Source: Octopus sinensis
Lineage: Eukaryota
Length of the DNA stretch: 64,000 nt
Direction: 5' to 3'
NCBI RefSeq assembly: GCF_006345805.1
Contig: NC_043016.1
Location: forward strand, 3,100,001-3,164,000
The notes beneath the pieces were generated by a model that was given only the letters and a program-made list of their open reading frames with translations, was not told where the DNA came from and searched no databases. Both the position numbers and the translations under genes were made by a program. Positions 1 through 15,138 of this stretch are shown here, piece after piece (position 1 is the stretch's first letter; each line of letters opens with the position of its first letter).

Positions 1-1200
1 CAGTGGTGGCAGTGGTGGTGGCGGCGGCGGTGGCAGTGGTGGTGGTGGTGGTGGTTGTGGTAGTGGTGGTGGTGGTGGTGGTGGTGGTGGTAGTGGTGGC
101 ATTGGTGGCAGTGGTGGTAGCGGCGGGCGGTGGCAGTGGTGTGGTGTTGTGGTAGTGGTGGTGGTGGTGGTGGTGGTGGTGGTGGTGGTGGTAGTGGTGG
201 CAGTGGTGGCAGTGGTGGTGGCGGCGGCGGTGGCAGTGGTGGTGGTGGTGGTGGTTGTGGTAGTGGTGGTGGTGGTGGTGGTGGTGGTGGTGGTGGTAGT
301 TGTGGGCAGTGGTGGCAAGTGGTGGTGGCGGCGGCGGTGGCAGTGGTGGTGGTGGTGGTGGTGGTGGTAGTGGTGGTGGTGGTGGTGGTGGTGGTGGTGG
401 TGGTAGTGGTGGCAGTGGTGGCAGTGGTGGTGGCGGCGGCGGTGGCAGTGGTGGTGGTGGTGGTGGTAGTGGTGGCAGTGGTGGCAGTGGTGGTGGCGGC
501 GGCGGTGGCAGTGGTGGTGGCGGTGGTGGTGGTGGTTGTGGTAGTGGTGGTGGTGGTGGTGGTGGTGGTGTTGGTGGTGGTAGTGTGGCAGTGGTGGCAG
601 TGGTGGTGGCGGCGGCGGTGGCAGTGGTGGTGGTGGTGGTTTGTTGGTAGTGGTGGTGGGTGGTGGTGGTGGTGTTGGTGGTGGTGGTGGTAGTGGTGGC
701 AGTGGTGGCAGTGGTGGTGGCGGCGGCGGTGGCAGTGGTGGTGGTGGTGGTGGTTGTGGTAGTGGTGGTGGTGGTGGTTGTGGTGGTGGTGGTGGTGGTA
801 GTGGTTGGGCAGTGGTGGCAAGTGGTGGTGGCGGCGGCGGTGGAAGTGGTGGGTGGTGGTGGTGGTAGTGGTGGCAAGTGGTGGCAGTGGTGGTGGCGGG
901 GCGGTGGCAGTGGTGGTGGCGGTGGTGGTGGTGGTTGTGGTAGTGGTGGTGGTGGTGGTGTGGTGGTGGTGGTGTGGTGGTAGTGGTGGCAGTGGTGGCA
1001 GTGGTGGGGTTGCTGCGGCGGTGGCAGTGGTGGTGGTGGTGGTTGTGGGAAGTGGTGGTGGTGGGTGGTGGTGTGTGGTGGTGTTGGGTGGTGTAGTGGT
1101 GGCAGTGGTGGCAGTGGTGGTGGCGGCGGCGGTGGCAGTGTGGGGGTGGTGGTGTGGTGGTGGTGGTGGTGTGGTGGTGGTGGTGGTGGTGGTGGTTGAT
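1..1200. repeat. Compound (GGT)n/(GGC)n/GGCAGT low-complexity tract with a recurring higher-order unit
   Basis: The motif GTAGTGGTGGCAGTGGTGGCAGTGGTGGTGGCGGCGGCGGTGGCAGT recurs many times between (GGT)n runs. All overlapping ORFs are poly-G/V/W. Confidence 0.9.
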
Positions 1201-1504
1201 GAGTGGTGGTCTTGTTGATAGTGGTGCTTATAGAAGTTGAAAAGTTGGTAGTTGTGCAGTTTTAGTGCTGTGTTGGTGTTGGATGTGGGGCGGGGTGATG
1301 GTTACGGGATTGGCAAAGCTGGTTACGAAGAGGGTAGATGGTTACGATGACGTGACTGGTAGAGTTGGTAGGAGAAATGGTTGTTAAATGGACTCGTTGA
1401 GGTTACGTGTGTGGATATTCGTATGTTGGTAATGGTGACTACGATGGGTTCTTTTTCAAGCTGTTGGCGAAGATGGGTTTCAGTGTAGAGTGTGTGCGGG
1501 TTGT

Positions 1505-1735
1505 CGGGTGTGCTGGTAGAGATTAGTGGTTGTGATGATGATTATGATGATAATGATGGTGATGGTAGTGATGGTGGTGGTGATGGCGGTGGTGATGGTG
1601 GTGGTGGTGGTGGCAGCCGCGGTGATGATGATGATGATAATGGTGGTAATGGCAGTGGTGATAGTGATGGTTTTGGCAGTTGTAGTTTGTAATCTGCCAG
1701 TGGTGAGATTAGAGTAGGTGATGATGATGATGATA

Positions 1736-1783
<48 letters not shown>

Positions 1784-2190
1784 GCGGTGGCGGTGGTGGT
1801 GGTGGTGGTGGTGGTGGCGGCGGCGGCGGCGGCGTTGATTATGATGATGATGATGGCGGTGGTGGTGATTATGATAATGATGATGGTGGTGATGGTGGTG
1901 GTGGTGGTGATGGTGGTGGTGGTGGTGGTGGTGGTGATGGTGATGGTGGTGGTGGTGGTGATAGTGGTGGTGTTGATGATGATGATGATGGTGGTGATGA
2001 TGATGATGATGATGGTTGCTGCGGTGACGATATTCCTGGTGGTAGACATGCTGGTGCTAGTGATAAAGGTAGAAGCAAAGGAGAAAGTGGTAGTGGTAGT
2101 GGCCGTGGTTGTGATGATGGTAAGCTTGATTTTGACGGTGGTGGTGGTGGTGGCGTCATCAGTTGTGATGGTGGTGCTTGCAGTGATGGT
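1505..2190. repeat. Compound (GAT)n/(GGT)n trinucleotide tract
   Basis: Alternating GAT and GGT runs are directly visible. Confidence 0.85.
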
Positions 2191-4836
2191 AGAAGAAAAA
2201 GTGGGGAGGCAGATTGATGAGTGCAATAGACTGACGATAAACGAAAAGACCAATTCCTAAACCAACCATACCCATCACCAAAAAATCCTGATAAACATTT
2301 CTATAAAAATATAAATAAATGAATAAAATAGATGAATAAATAAATAAAATAAAATAAAGCTACAGATGGGGCTAGAGTTGGAATTAAAGAAGAGGAGGAG
2401 ATAAAGCAAGAAGAAAAGGAGTGTTTAAAAGAGATTTTATATTTTAAAACTAAGATATGCATGCGTTGGGAGGAGCTGAGAGAAAGAGAGTGGGGGATAC
2501 GTAAATATACATACATATATGTGTCTGTGTGTGCGTGTGTGTATGTGTGGGTGTGGTGTGTATGTGTGGGTGTGTGTTTGAATTAAAACAAAACATGAAT
2601 GAATGTAATAAATAAAATAAAGTAAAAAGTATTAAAATGTTTAGAAAAAGTCTCAAGTATCATGAAAACTATAATGGAAAAAAGAGGGTAGTGATGGTTG
2701 TTTGGTTTGTTGGTTGGCTGGTTGGTTGGTGAGTGGATTTAATGGTGATGGTGATGGTACGGTGGAATGGCGGGGTGGCTAGTATTGATGTTGGTGATGG
2801 TGGCGGTGACGGTTGTGGTTGTGACGCTGATGGTGTTGGTGATAAAAGAAGTATAGATTTGATGTAGAAGATGCAAATTAATATAAGACATGAAGACAGC
2901 ATAAAGACACATACATATACATAAACATTTAAGGAAGGAAAGAATAGGGAAAATAAAGAAGTAAGAGACAGAGAGAAAGAAATAATGAATGAATGAGAGA
3001 AAGAAAGAAAAACACAAAAAATATATGAACGAAGTAAATAAAGAAAGTGGGAAAGAAAGTTAAAAATATTGTGTAAAAGAGGAAAAAAATAAAGTAGTAA
3101 AAAGAGAAAAAAGAGGATGAAGGGGGAAATAAGAGAGAAAAAAGTATATAAAGGATGTTAAAAAGAGAGAAAGTGGATAGAAAGAGAAAAATGAAAGCAA
3201 GAAAATGGAAAATATTATTAGAAAGTCAAACGTTTTGGAAATAAGTTTGGTTTCAATTTAAACAACTTGACATTTTTTTAAAAATTCTTTGCATGATACT
3301 AGATTTGATAAACATCACTTTATTTTGAAACTCCCCACCCCCACCCCCTAACTTATTATTTGTCTTCTTCCCCATCGCCACCCACTCTCTACTCCATTCC
3401 ATTTCTCTTCTCTCTATCCACCTCCCTAGCTTTCTCTATCAATTTATCAAAATATCTTCCATCTTTCTTTGTCCTATTAGTCTCTCTCACCCGCTTTGTA
3501 CATACACACATACACACACATATACATACATACATGTATGCATGTATGTATGGGTGCGTACATATATATATATGTGTGTGTGTACACATACACACGCACA
3601 TACACACACATCTATACTTATATACTTGTGTTCGTGTGTTTCTGTGGTGGTGTATGAGTGTATATGCGTGTCTTGGTGTTTCTATGATTCTAAATTTGGT
3701 AAATATCACTTTATTTCAAGGTATCCACTCACTCACCCACACTCCCATATCTAACCTCCCCTCTCACTGAATTCCTTAATCTTTACTTTTTTTTCCTGGT
3801 TTCTTTATTATCGTCGTCTTCCTTATCTGCATCCCTTTTTTCTCTCTACAAATCTGACTGTGCTCTCTACATTCATCTCACATATATATTCTCCTCTCTC
3901 ACGGCGTCTCTACTTTTTCCCTGTCTCTTTAAAGTCCTCTCGTACTTCACTATACATTCTCTTCACCTTTATACTCTTCTGCCTATCATATATATTATCC
4001 TGTTGTTTTTTATTGCAACCCTCATATAACACTCCCATCTTTTCTCTAATCACTGCTTCTCCCTCTTTTCTTTTTTGATCTTAAAATATGTATCCCTTTT
4101 CTAAATCTATCTCTTTATATTTATGTCTTCTAAACTTAAATATTTCCTACTGCTGCTCTGCTCTCTCACTTTGTTAACTCCTGCATTTCTCTTTCTTTAT
4201 AAATACTCCTTCTCTCGCCCTCTTCCTTCTGCTCACTCTCTTTCGCTTTCTGTATACTCACACATTCATAGGCATTTATGCATACTTGTATTATATTGTA
4301 AATTACATATAATCTATTGCATATTGAATATGAACATAAGCATACATGCATACATACATACATACATACATACACACATATATATGTGCGTGTGTGTATA
4401 AATGTTTATTTGTGAATATATGTACGCTTCTATGAATGTATGTATGTATGCACAGACACATACACACACACACAGACACACACACACACACAGCTATCCA
4501 TTTATCTATATACCTACTAAAGTTCGCTATTTTATACCTCCTCCCTGCATTCTACCTACGATTCTTCATCTCCGACTCTGTCTCCTTCAGTGGACAATAA
4601 TGTATCAAATTCAGTTTGAAAGCTATCGAAAATCCCTGCAAAACTGCTTCAATAAGGAGATTATTATTTAATACCCATTTCAAGAAAAGGAGAGTGACTC
4701 TTAGTACTATGTCATCGCTGGCATCGCACAATCCTATCCTACCTTCAAGAATATCTTTTCCCTATGTTTGTTTTATGACAAATGATCTTCTACCGGGCTC
4801 AATTAACTACCACAGTGATATATCATATAACATCAG

Positions 4837-4837
4837 A

Positions 4838-4933
<96 letters not shown>

Positions 4934-5100
4934 GTTTTTGTTGTTGTTGTTATTATTATTGTTGTTGTTTTTGCTGTTGTTGTTATTGTTGTTGTTGCTG
5001 TCGTCGTCGTTATTGCTGTTTTAGTTGTAGTAGTAGTAGTAGTCCTTTTGTTGTTGTTCATAGTAACTTTATTGTTATTATTGATGTTGTTGTTATTACT
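4837..5100. repeat. (ATT)n/(GTT)n microsatellite
   Basis: Pure ATT run that grades into GTT/GTA. Confidence 0.9.
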
Positions 5101-5446
5101 CCTAATATTGCTACTTCTACAACTACATATAGAAACGATAGCTATGTTCTTATCGTTGTTGTTGTCATTGTTTTCCGTTACAGAAATTATCACTTTCCTC
5201 ATCATAACCACCACCATCATCTTCATCGTTATAATCATCGATATAATTATGTTTTCTAACTAAACACAAGATTAGCATTTTTTGAATGTAAGAGTTAGCT
5301 GATACCCGAGTGCTTATCAAGTATTATAACTTATCGACCCCCAAAGGGAAAAATGTGTTTTTTCAACACTTAAAAGAGAAGATCCGGAAGAAATGATGCT
5401 GAACATTTTGACCGATATGCTAACAACTCTACCATTTTACTGCCTT

Positions 5447-6300
<854 letters not shown>

Positions 6301-8740
6301 CAAAATAACAAACTCGGCATCTGAGCAACTTTGGACCCCCATAACAACTGAAGAGGTCACCCAGGCACTGCAAAAACTAAGCAACTGGAAGGCACCTGGG
6401 CATGACAAGATCCCCAACTTCTGGTTGAAATATCTAACAGGAATGCACAAAAAGCTGGCTGAAAACTTTAACAGCATACAAGCAGACAATGCCTGAATGG
6501 CTCACGAAGGGGAAAACCATCTTAATTCCCAAATCAAATGAAACAGCAAAACCAGAAAACTACAGACCAATAACCTGCCTCCCTACTATGTTCAAGGCAT
6601 TTACTGCAGTGATATCGCAAAGGCTGAACAAGCACCTGGACGAAAACAAACTGTTCCCAGAAGAGCAGAAAGGATGCCGCAAGGGCTCATATGGCTGTAA
6701 AGATCAACTAATGATTAATAAAGCCGTAACTGAAAACAGCCACAGAAAGAAGAAAGGCCTCAGTATGGCCTGGATTGACTACAAAAAGGCGTTTGATAGC
6801 ATCCCCCACACATGGATCCTCGAAACACTAGCCATTAACAAAATAGCACCAACAATCATAAAATTCATAGAGCATTCTATGAATAAATGGCCCACAGTCC
6901 TACACCTCCAAACAAAAGAGGGACTCATGAAAACCAAAGACATCCCCATTAGAAGAGGAATATTCCAGGGAGACACGCTCTCTCCACTCCTTTTCTGCTT
7001 GGCACTGTCACCTCTATCTGATATGCTAAATAGAACTGGATGCGGGTATAAATGTTACGGCAAAACGATCAGCCACCTTTTATATTTCGATGACCTAAAA
7101 CTATACGCTGCAAATGACAAACAGCTGGAAACACTATTAAAGACAGTTCATGGATTTACCAAAGAAATAGATATGAAATTTGGATTAGAAAAATGCGCCA
7201 AAGTAACCATGAAAAGAGGAAAACTAGTTAAGAGTAACAACATCACACTAGATAAAACCAATGAAATAAAAGAATTAGACCAAAGCCAAACTTACAAATA
7301 CTTAGGAATCCATGAACTAGATAAGACACAACACACACAAATGAAAGAGAAAATAAAAAAAGAATATTATAGACGAGTTAGATCAATACTAAAAACAGAG
7401 CTCAATGCTAAAACAAGATAATAGGTATCAACACTTTAGCTGCCCCAGTTATAGGTTACAGCTACAATATCCTTAACTGGACACGAAATGAACTGTCCAA
7501 AATAGATAGGAAAACGAGAAAAATAATGACAGGATCTAGGATGCATCACCCAAAATCTGACATAGAAAGACTATATATACAACGTATAGAAGGTGGTAGA
7601 GGCCTTATACAGCTGGAAAACTACTATAAAATAACCACCATAGGACTGCAAAAATACCTACTTCAGAAGGAAGGAAAACTGATCCAGATAGCAGCAAAAC
7701 ACGAGCAAAACAAAAAACTGTTCTAAGTATTTAAGGAAGCTGACAAATACAAACAAGAAATCATACCACCTAATAAACATGAAGAAGAAGAAGAAGAAGA
7801 AGATGAAGAAACAACAAAAGCTATAAAACAAATGAAAACCAAACTAAAAATAGAACAGCAACGAACCATGATAAAACGATGGCAAGAAAAGCCCCTTCAT
7901 GGTAAATACTGGACTAAACTAAACGCAAAAGAAATAGACAAAGAAAAATCCCAGCAATGGTTGAGAAGCTCAGGACTCAAAGCAGAAACAGAGGGATTTT
8001 TAATTGCAGCACAAGACCAAAGCCTCCCCACCAGAAATTACCAAAAACATGTAATGAAAAGAAATATTACAAGTAACTGCAGAATATGTGGAGATGGACA
8101 AGAAACAAATCATATTATCTCTAGCTGCCCAGTCCTGGCTAAGAAGGAATATATTCACAGACATGACAGAATTGGAACCTACATACATTGGAAGCTATGC
8201 CAACATTATGGAATAACAACAGAAAAAAGATGGTATAGGCACACATCAGAAAAGGTCACAGAAAACGAGAAAGCAACCATACTCTGGGATATACCGATAC
8301 ACACAGATAGAGAAATTAAGGCCAATAGACCAGATATAGTTGTCAGAGATCATGAAGAAAAAAAATGCTTTCTAATTGATGTATCAATACCGGCAGATGA
8401 CAACGTGTCTCTAAAAGAAATGGAGAAACTCTCAAAATACAAAGACCTGGAAATAGAGGTAACTAGAATGTGGAATCTGAAAACAGAAACAATTCCTATC
8501 ATAGTAGGTGCATTAGGCATGATAAAAAAATATTCAGACAAATACATAACAAAAACACCAGGACTTACAAACACATATAACATACAGTAAATTGCACTAC
8601 TAGGCACTGCACACATCCTACGCAGAACACTTTCCATACAATAACCATCAGAGCATCACAACAAATCACAGCACATACCCAAGGCACACAGAGCTGCGCT
8701 CGGTAGTGAAGTGAAAGCACGCTATAAAATAAAACTACTG
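6301..8740 (+). mobile_element. 5'-truncated R4/Dong-like non-LTR retrotransposon (RT + CCHC + RLE), family A, disrupted
   Basis: RT motifs WKAPGHDKIPNFWLK, NYRPITCLPT, WIDYKKAFDSIPH, GIFQGDTLSPLLF, HLLYFDDLKL and YKYLG. C-terminal CRICG..ETNHIISSC, RHD, RPDIVV, CFLIDVSIP and KLSKYKDL (PD-D..K nuclease). Frameshift near 7410, stops at 7726 and 8590. The 3'UTR ends AAAACTACTG directly into (AAT)n. Confidence 0.92.
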
Positions 8741-8747
8741 AATAATG

Positions 8748-8818
<71 letters not shown>

Positions 8819-8834
8819 CATAATAATGATAATA
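8741..8834. repeat. (AAT)n tail or target of the family A element
   Basis: Pure AAT run that begins at the element's 3' end. Confidence 0.9.
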
Positions 8835-9429
8835 CCATGATGCAGTATCAGGCACTGGATCACATGGCTTTTGATCTTAACTCATTGGAAGAGTTATCAA
8901 GCACATGTTTTGTCTTCGCACAAAATATGGGCTACAATATGCACAATAGCACAGATTTGCTTGTCAGTTACTTGATCATAACCCGTGGTGGCTGGCGTTA
9001 TGTGCATTTTTGATCACGAGCAATAGTATTGGGGGATCATGTGTTGCCCATGTGTTGAGAAGAATTATTTGGGGTTTGAATAATTCATCTCTGAATTGAA
9101 TAATTCATCTCGTTAATCATCCTTAAACAAACCTTATTCTAGCAGGATGGGGACAATTACAATGTAGAGTTTTTCTTTTCGAGGGGGGCGAAAACAAAGT
9201 AAAAAAAAATTGTTACAACAATCAAAATGGATCAAAATCGTTGGGGATATATGCAAAAAATGTCAAAATAGTACAAAAAGTCCCTAAGAAATGGGTCGGT
9301 TTATCTATGGAAAGAAAAACCTACGAAAAGACCACAGTAACCGCGTGCAATTACGTCACATATTAACATATTAATTTACATATAAGTAATTCTCTGTTTT
9401 AAATATTTATGGTTCATAGGATCATGCTC

Positions 9430-12112
9430 AAGGTGGCTTCGTCATTCATACGTGCCATCCTTGATACATTCACCAATATTTTTTTTAAACAGTCGCTAGA
9501 AAAAACTTCCCTCTCTACTTCCTTTTCAAGTGATACTTGAAAAGGTTGATTGATCAGAGAGGAAAGTGTTTGTCTCTAATCCTTTCAGACAAGTCCAATA
9601 GATACATTCTTTCGCCATAGCTACAAGTATTATAAAAATAGCTCTTCCTTCCCGTTTGAAGGAAGGAGGCGTGACAATAGTGACGATAGACTCGGCTGAT
9701 AAACCGACTCGTCCCACACGTGACAGCAGTCGTTCGAATTAAGCCCACAGGTCGGAGATTGTTGGACACTGCACGATTGCGTGCAGAATGGTTTCGTCGC
9801 TCTGACCGCATCTCGAGCAGGTCGGCCCCGTGCTTCTCGAACCATGTCCATAGAGCTTATCCCGAACGGGTAACGCTTCTCGATAGCACTGCCAGGCCAG
9901 GAACCTCTGGAAATTGTCCATAAGTCCCGGCCCGAAAGTTGTCTTGAACAGGCAGGTCAGGTATTCCTCGTCGACTCCCAGGTTCACCCCGAGATCGTCG
10001 TCGTACCTCCTCTCCACTAATCCCCTATAAAATGCTTTCATGGTGATGCAGTCGCTCATGTTCGACCCAGGACGGCAGAGTTGCTGGAGAGCAACGCGAC
10101 ACTCGCGGTGACATTCGCCTTCCTCGGCTTATTTCTGATACACGACTGCAGCTCGGTCATGGAGACGAGCTGCGGGAAAGCGCGTCGTACAAACGGCGAC
10201 CACACCTGCTCACCCTCGTCTACGTAGAGCCTGCGATGTCTCAGTCTCAGCGTGTGTCTGCGCATCATCAACCACGGCATGCCCAGCCCTCATTTCAGCG
10301 GGTGTTGACAGCAAACGGATTGCTTGACCATCGGAACGTTTCCTTTCCACAAGAAGCGGAAGAGGACCCGTTCCAGTTTGGTGACGGTGAGGTCGAGACA
10401 AGTTCTACCCTAGCGAAAGCTTTGGATTGATCCAAATTGGTCAGGGCCACACCCATGCCAGGTTCCTTAACTACCCTGTCTATGCTACCAGTTTCTCGAT
10501 GACAAGCGCCAACCTCTTGGCTAACACCTTGGCCAAAATTTTCAAGTCTGCATTGAGCAGAGTGATGGGCCTAAAGTTATCTAAAATATCCCTCTTGTTT
10601 GGATCTTTCATTAGCGGCGTTACGGCTCCTCGACTCACAAAACCGGGTATGTTCCCGTTCTGCTGCGAGTTGCAGTACACCGCAGCCAAGACGTCTCCAA
10701 ACAAGTCTGGCATACAATAGTAAAGCTCGTAGGGCAGACCATCCAAACCCAGCGATTTGTCCCTCGAGTATCCCGCCATCGCGTCCCTCACTTCCGCCGC
10801 CGTGATAGCACCTTCGCACCACTCTGCCTCACTTGCCGAGAGTCATCGCAGGCTGCGCAGGTAGTCACTGAAGTCCAACCTGCGTTCTCGCTCGCCACTC
10901 ATTCCGAACAGTCGGGCAAAATGCCACTGAAACGCCTCGCACATCTTGCTGGGCACAAACAATTCGCGCCCCTGTTCATCTACTAGAGACCGAATGGTGG
11001 CTTTGTTGCCCCGTTGCGCCTGCGCCAGCCAGGCCTCTCACACGGCTCCAACACCGTTCCTTAGAACAAGCATCCTAGCCCTGACAACACTCCCTTCGTG
11101 TTTGGCATTGAAGTGCTGGTCGAGGGCCAACCTCGCCGCCAAAACGTCGGATGTGATACCGCTTCTTATTGCCTCTTCTAACTTCTTAACTAGCTCACCC
11201 TCTACTCTGTTTCTATGTATGGCTAGTGCATTGCTATACCTAATTGCTTCTGCTTTTATTGCTCTCTTGAGGGCAAACCACCATTTGTTGTTGACGATGG
11301 CTCCCGTCAAAGCCCTCTTTACTAGTGTGCTAATTCGGTCTCTGAAAACCTGTCTCTACGGGAAAGACGCGTTTAGTTTCCAGTAACCGGGACCCTGCCT
11401 ATGTGCCTTATGTAAGTCTAGCGTACATGTCACAAGTTTGTGATCTGTGTAGCTGACTATGTAGAATGGTGGACATCCTAAGCTATCCCTATCGACTGTC
11501 CTACATAGTATCCTATCTAGATAAGATCTCGACGACCCATTTTGGTTGCTCCATGTCCACGTTGGCGCCTTTGGGTGTTCGAGTCGGTACTTGTCGGAGA
11601 GTTGAAAGCGTCCGTGCAGGTCTCTGAGGCATTTACATCCCCGTCTATTTTCGTCTCTCTCCACGTAGTCTAGATGCATGTCCAAGGTAGCATTCCAATC
11701 CCCCACTAATGGACGAGACGTTCCCATGAATAATTCTAGACGTCGAAAGAAACCTGGTCGACCTGTTAAAGGCGGTGCATAGACTGCTAGGTGTCGAAAA
11801 GCGCACCTATCGCTGCCGTCGAAATCCAGATCAACCATTCTACCCTCCGGGTCCACGAATATCGTCTTTACTTCCAGATCCAGACTCTTGCGAAAAAGTA
11901 CCGTCGTGCCACTACCGCCCATTCTCGGCAGACAGGGAGAAAAAATAAGTTAAACTCTCCGCTAAACGAGGACTTTAGAGCCCGTGGCTCATGGAGTTTG
12001 GTCTCCCTTATGGCTATGATTCCTTAATCATGTGACTAGATGTCATTTAAGAGGTACCCTTGTTTCCAAGGGGATCCCAAGCCACGCGCATTCACACAAC
12101 CAATCTTGATTA
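9430..12112 (-). pseudogene. Disrupted ORF2 (AP endonuclease, partial RT, C-terminal zinc knuckle) of the Tx1-like LINE
   Basis: ORF pieces 11356-11922, 11038-11310, 10480-10791, 10056-10280 and 9739-10059. No QG/PLS or YADD segment is present between SKAFARV and KLERVLFRFLW. Confidence 0.82.
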
Positions 12113-12161
12113 TGATCCCATTGAGTTGTGTGCTTTAAAACTCAAACGAAGGAACAGAGAG

Positions 12162-13760
12162 TTACTTACCTTTCGAAAGATTTGTCTCCTCCTTTGATTT
12201 TTCATTGAGGCTTTTGTACATTTTTTTGCATAAATATTTATGACATCCTCCTATCGCATTGGGATAGAGGGACTTTAGAGTGTGGTGCAATGTTGGTGAT
12301 ATGTGATAAATTTTTATGTGTTCTGGTGATGTTGTGTGTGAGTGGTTATTCGTTTTAATGTCGTTTTCTGTAATGTTTGTCTTTGTGTTGATGTATTTCA
12401 TCAACTCTGTGTTTTTTGGTGTCTATGACTGTGAGCATATTCCCTGTATATATTTTTGTGGCGTTGATATTGTTTGTGGCAGGTTTTGAGATGACTTCGG
12501 GAGATGTATATCTCCCTGCTTTGTTTGCTTCTGTATTGAATTTGGTTCTTTTTTTGCTCCTTTTCTGGCTATTTGCCATTCCTCAGTGCTTTCGTCTTCC
12601 GACGAAATTTCCGAGCAATCGGAAGGGGGTGGGGGTATGCTATAGACTTCAATGTGTGTTTGTGTAATTGATTGTGTTGTCGTTTTTTCCGCTGATGTTG
12701 GTTGTTGATTGTTTGTGTGTGGTGTGTGTGATGTGGGGAAAGGGGAATCAGTTTTTGTATTGTCTTTTGGTTTTACTGCTTCTATAGTTCTTGCTGTTGT
12801 TGGTAGTGTTTTTTCAGATATTGTTTTATGTTTATTTGTTGGGGTTGGCGGGTTTGGTTTTGTACTCTCTTTGCTTGTCCTCTGTGCTGATGGTGGTGTG
12901 GGTAGTAGTGTTTCTTTTTCCTTTGCACTTTTTCCTTGTTGTAGTTGTTGTTCTTGTTCGGGTTTTTGTTTTTTTTTGCTGTTGGGCAACCACTTCTTAG
13001 GTGTTCCTCGCTGACACACATGTAACAGAGAGGCCTCCTACCCTCTACCACCACGTAAACGTTATTGCCGTCTGGCAGCTCAATTTGTGGGGGGATGTTA
13101 GTGATTTGGTTTTGATCTATTGCATCAATAACTGAATCATTCTCCCCGACCAATTCACTTGCTCCAAGGCAGCATATTCGAGGATATTTATATTCTCCTC
13201 CATGTTGTAGCAAATGGCAGACAACAGCCATTGTGACTCTACTTCTGGAGGGGCATTTTTATCGAAAATATGGTCACACGTTTACCGAGGTAGGTCGGAA
13301 TTAAAATTAGTTTTTCCGACTCTAAGGTGAGCGTCGAAAGTTCTTTCGCTCTTTCTTCGCTGTCGAAGAGAACTTGTATTGTGGCATATTTGTTCCACCA
13401 ATGTATATAATTTTTATGTGCCCATTTCGGGCGTAAATATTTTTCGGTGAGTTCTGGTTGTGCTTGTTCTGGTCTGCGTGTTTTTGCGTTTAAGACTTTG
13501 TATATTATTGTTCTCTTTTGTGTGGTGTCTATGATGTTTTGTGGTATATTTAAGCGTAGATGTGTACCTTCATGAGTTAAGAGGGCTTTTGTATGTCTTA
13601 TTTGTTCTGTTGTGAAGTTTAGTATTGTCTTTTTTTGTTTTAAAGCTTGTGCAAAATTTGATTTGTTTTCCGTGGTAGTGTTGGTGGCAGGGATGTCATT
13701 TGTAGTAGTTGAGATTGTAGTAGTGGTGTTGTTGTTGGCAGTTATGGTAGACGGCAAATA
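12162..13760 (-). pseudogene. Frameshifted ORF1 (gag-like, CCHC zinc knuckle) of the Tx1-like LINE
   Basis: ORF pieces 13239-13757, 12782-13231, 12423-13019 and 12162-12404; motif VVVEGRRPLCYMCVSEEHLRSGCP. Confidence 0.75.
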
Positions 13761-13797
13761 GACGATATCGTTGTTGTTCTTATTGTTGTTGGTGGTG

Positions 13798-13829
<32 letters not shown>

Positions 13830-14289
13830 GGTGTTAGTAGCAGTGGTAGCCTTGTTGTTGGAGGTGGTGGTGGCAGTGGTAGTCTTGTTGTTGTTGGTGG
13901 TGGTGGTGGTAACAGGGCTGTTAACAAAGTAGTTACAGCGTTCACTTCCACGTCACTCAGGTTTGTCTTAGGTTTTTACTTGTCCTATCTGTTCTATTAG
14001 AATGTGTGTGCATGCAGGAGTTCTGTTTTTGTCCTAGCGTTTCAAGGCTAGAGAAATGCTGGCCATGAAGGAATTTGACCAGCGTTCGACATTTTTAATG
14101 TCGAGAGAAATATATACAATTTAATTAGGGTTGAAACTGCTCCTAGGGGCCAATTCCTCCCTTGGAAAAGCACTCAAACGAAAGTTGGGTGCTTTGCACA
14201 CCTTATTTGCAAAAATGTACACAAAATGAGGGCTATAAATGGTCAAAATAAACGATTACCTTCGGAGCCGATGTGACAACACGTCAGTC

Positions 14290-15030
<741 letters not shown>

Positions 15031-15138
15031 CTTTCATCTCGAGTCTCTGCCTGGGATCACCGCAACTCAGGTAACATCCTCCAAATTACCCTTTCCAATC
15101 CGTGGCATCGTTTACAACACATGAATACACCACGACAG

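Noticed and set aside
1290-1520. Spaced GGTTACG motifs and faint similarity to the minisatellite flanks
   Set aside because: The matches are too short in G/T-rich sequence to exceed chance.
130-2260. Gly-, Val- or Thr-rich protein ORFs
   Set aside because: They are open in several frames because of GGT/GAT repeats, with frequent phase shifts and no domain or splice evidence.
8835-9165. Probable dispersed repeat after the (AAT)n tail, with a 15-bp direct repeat TGAATAATTCATCTC
   Set aside because: It looks familiar but is single-copy here with no diagnostic motif, so it cannot be classified from the sequence.
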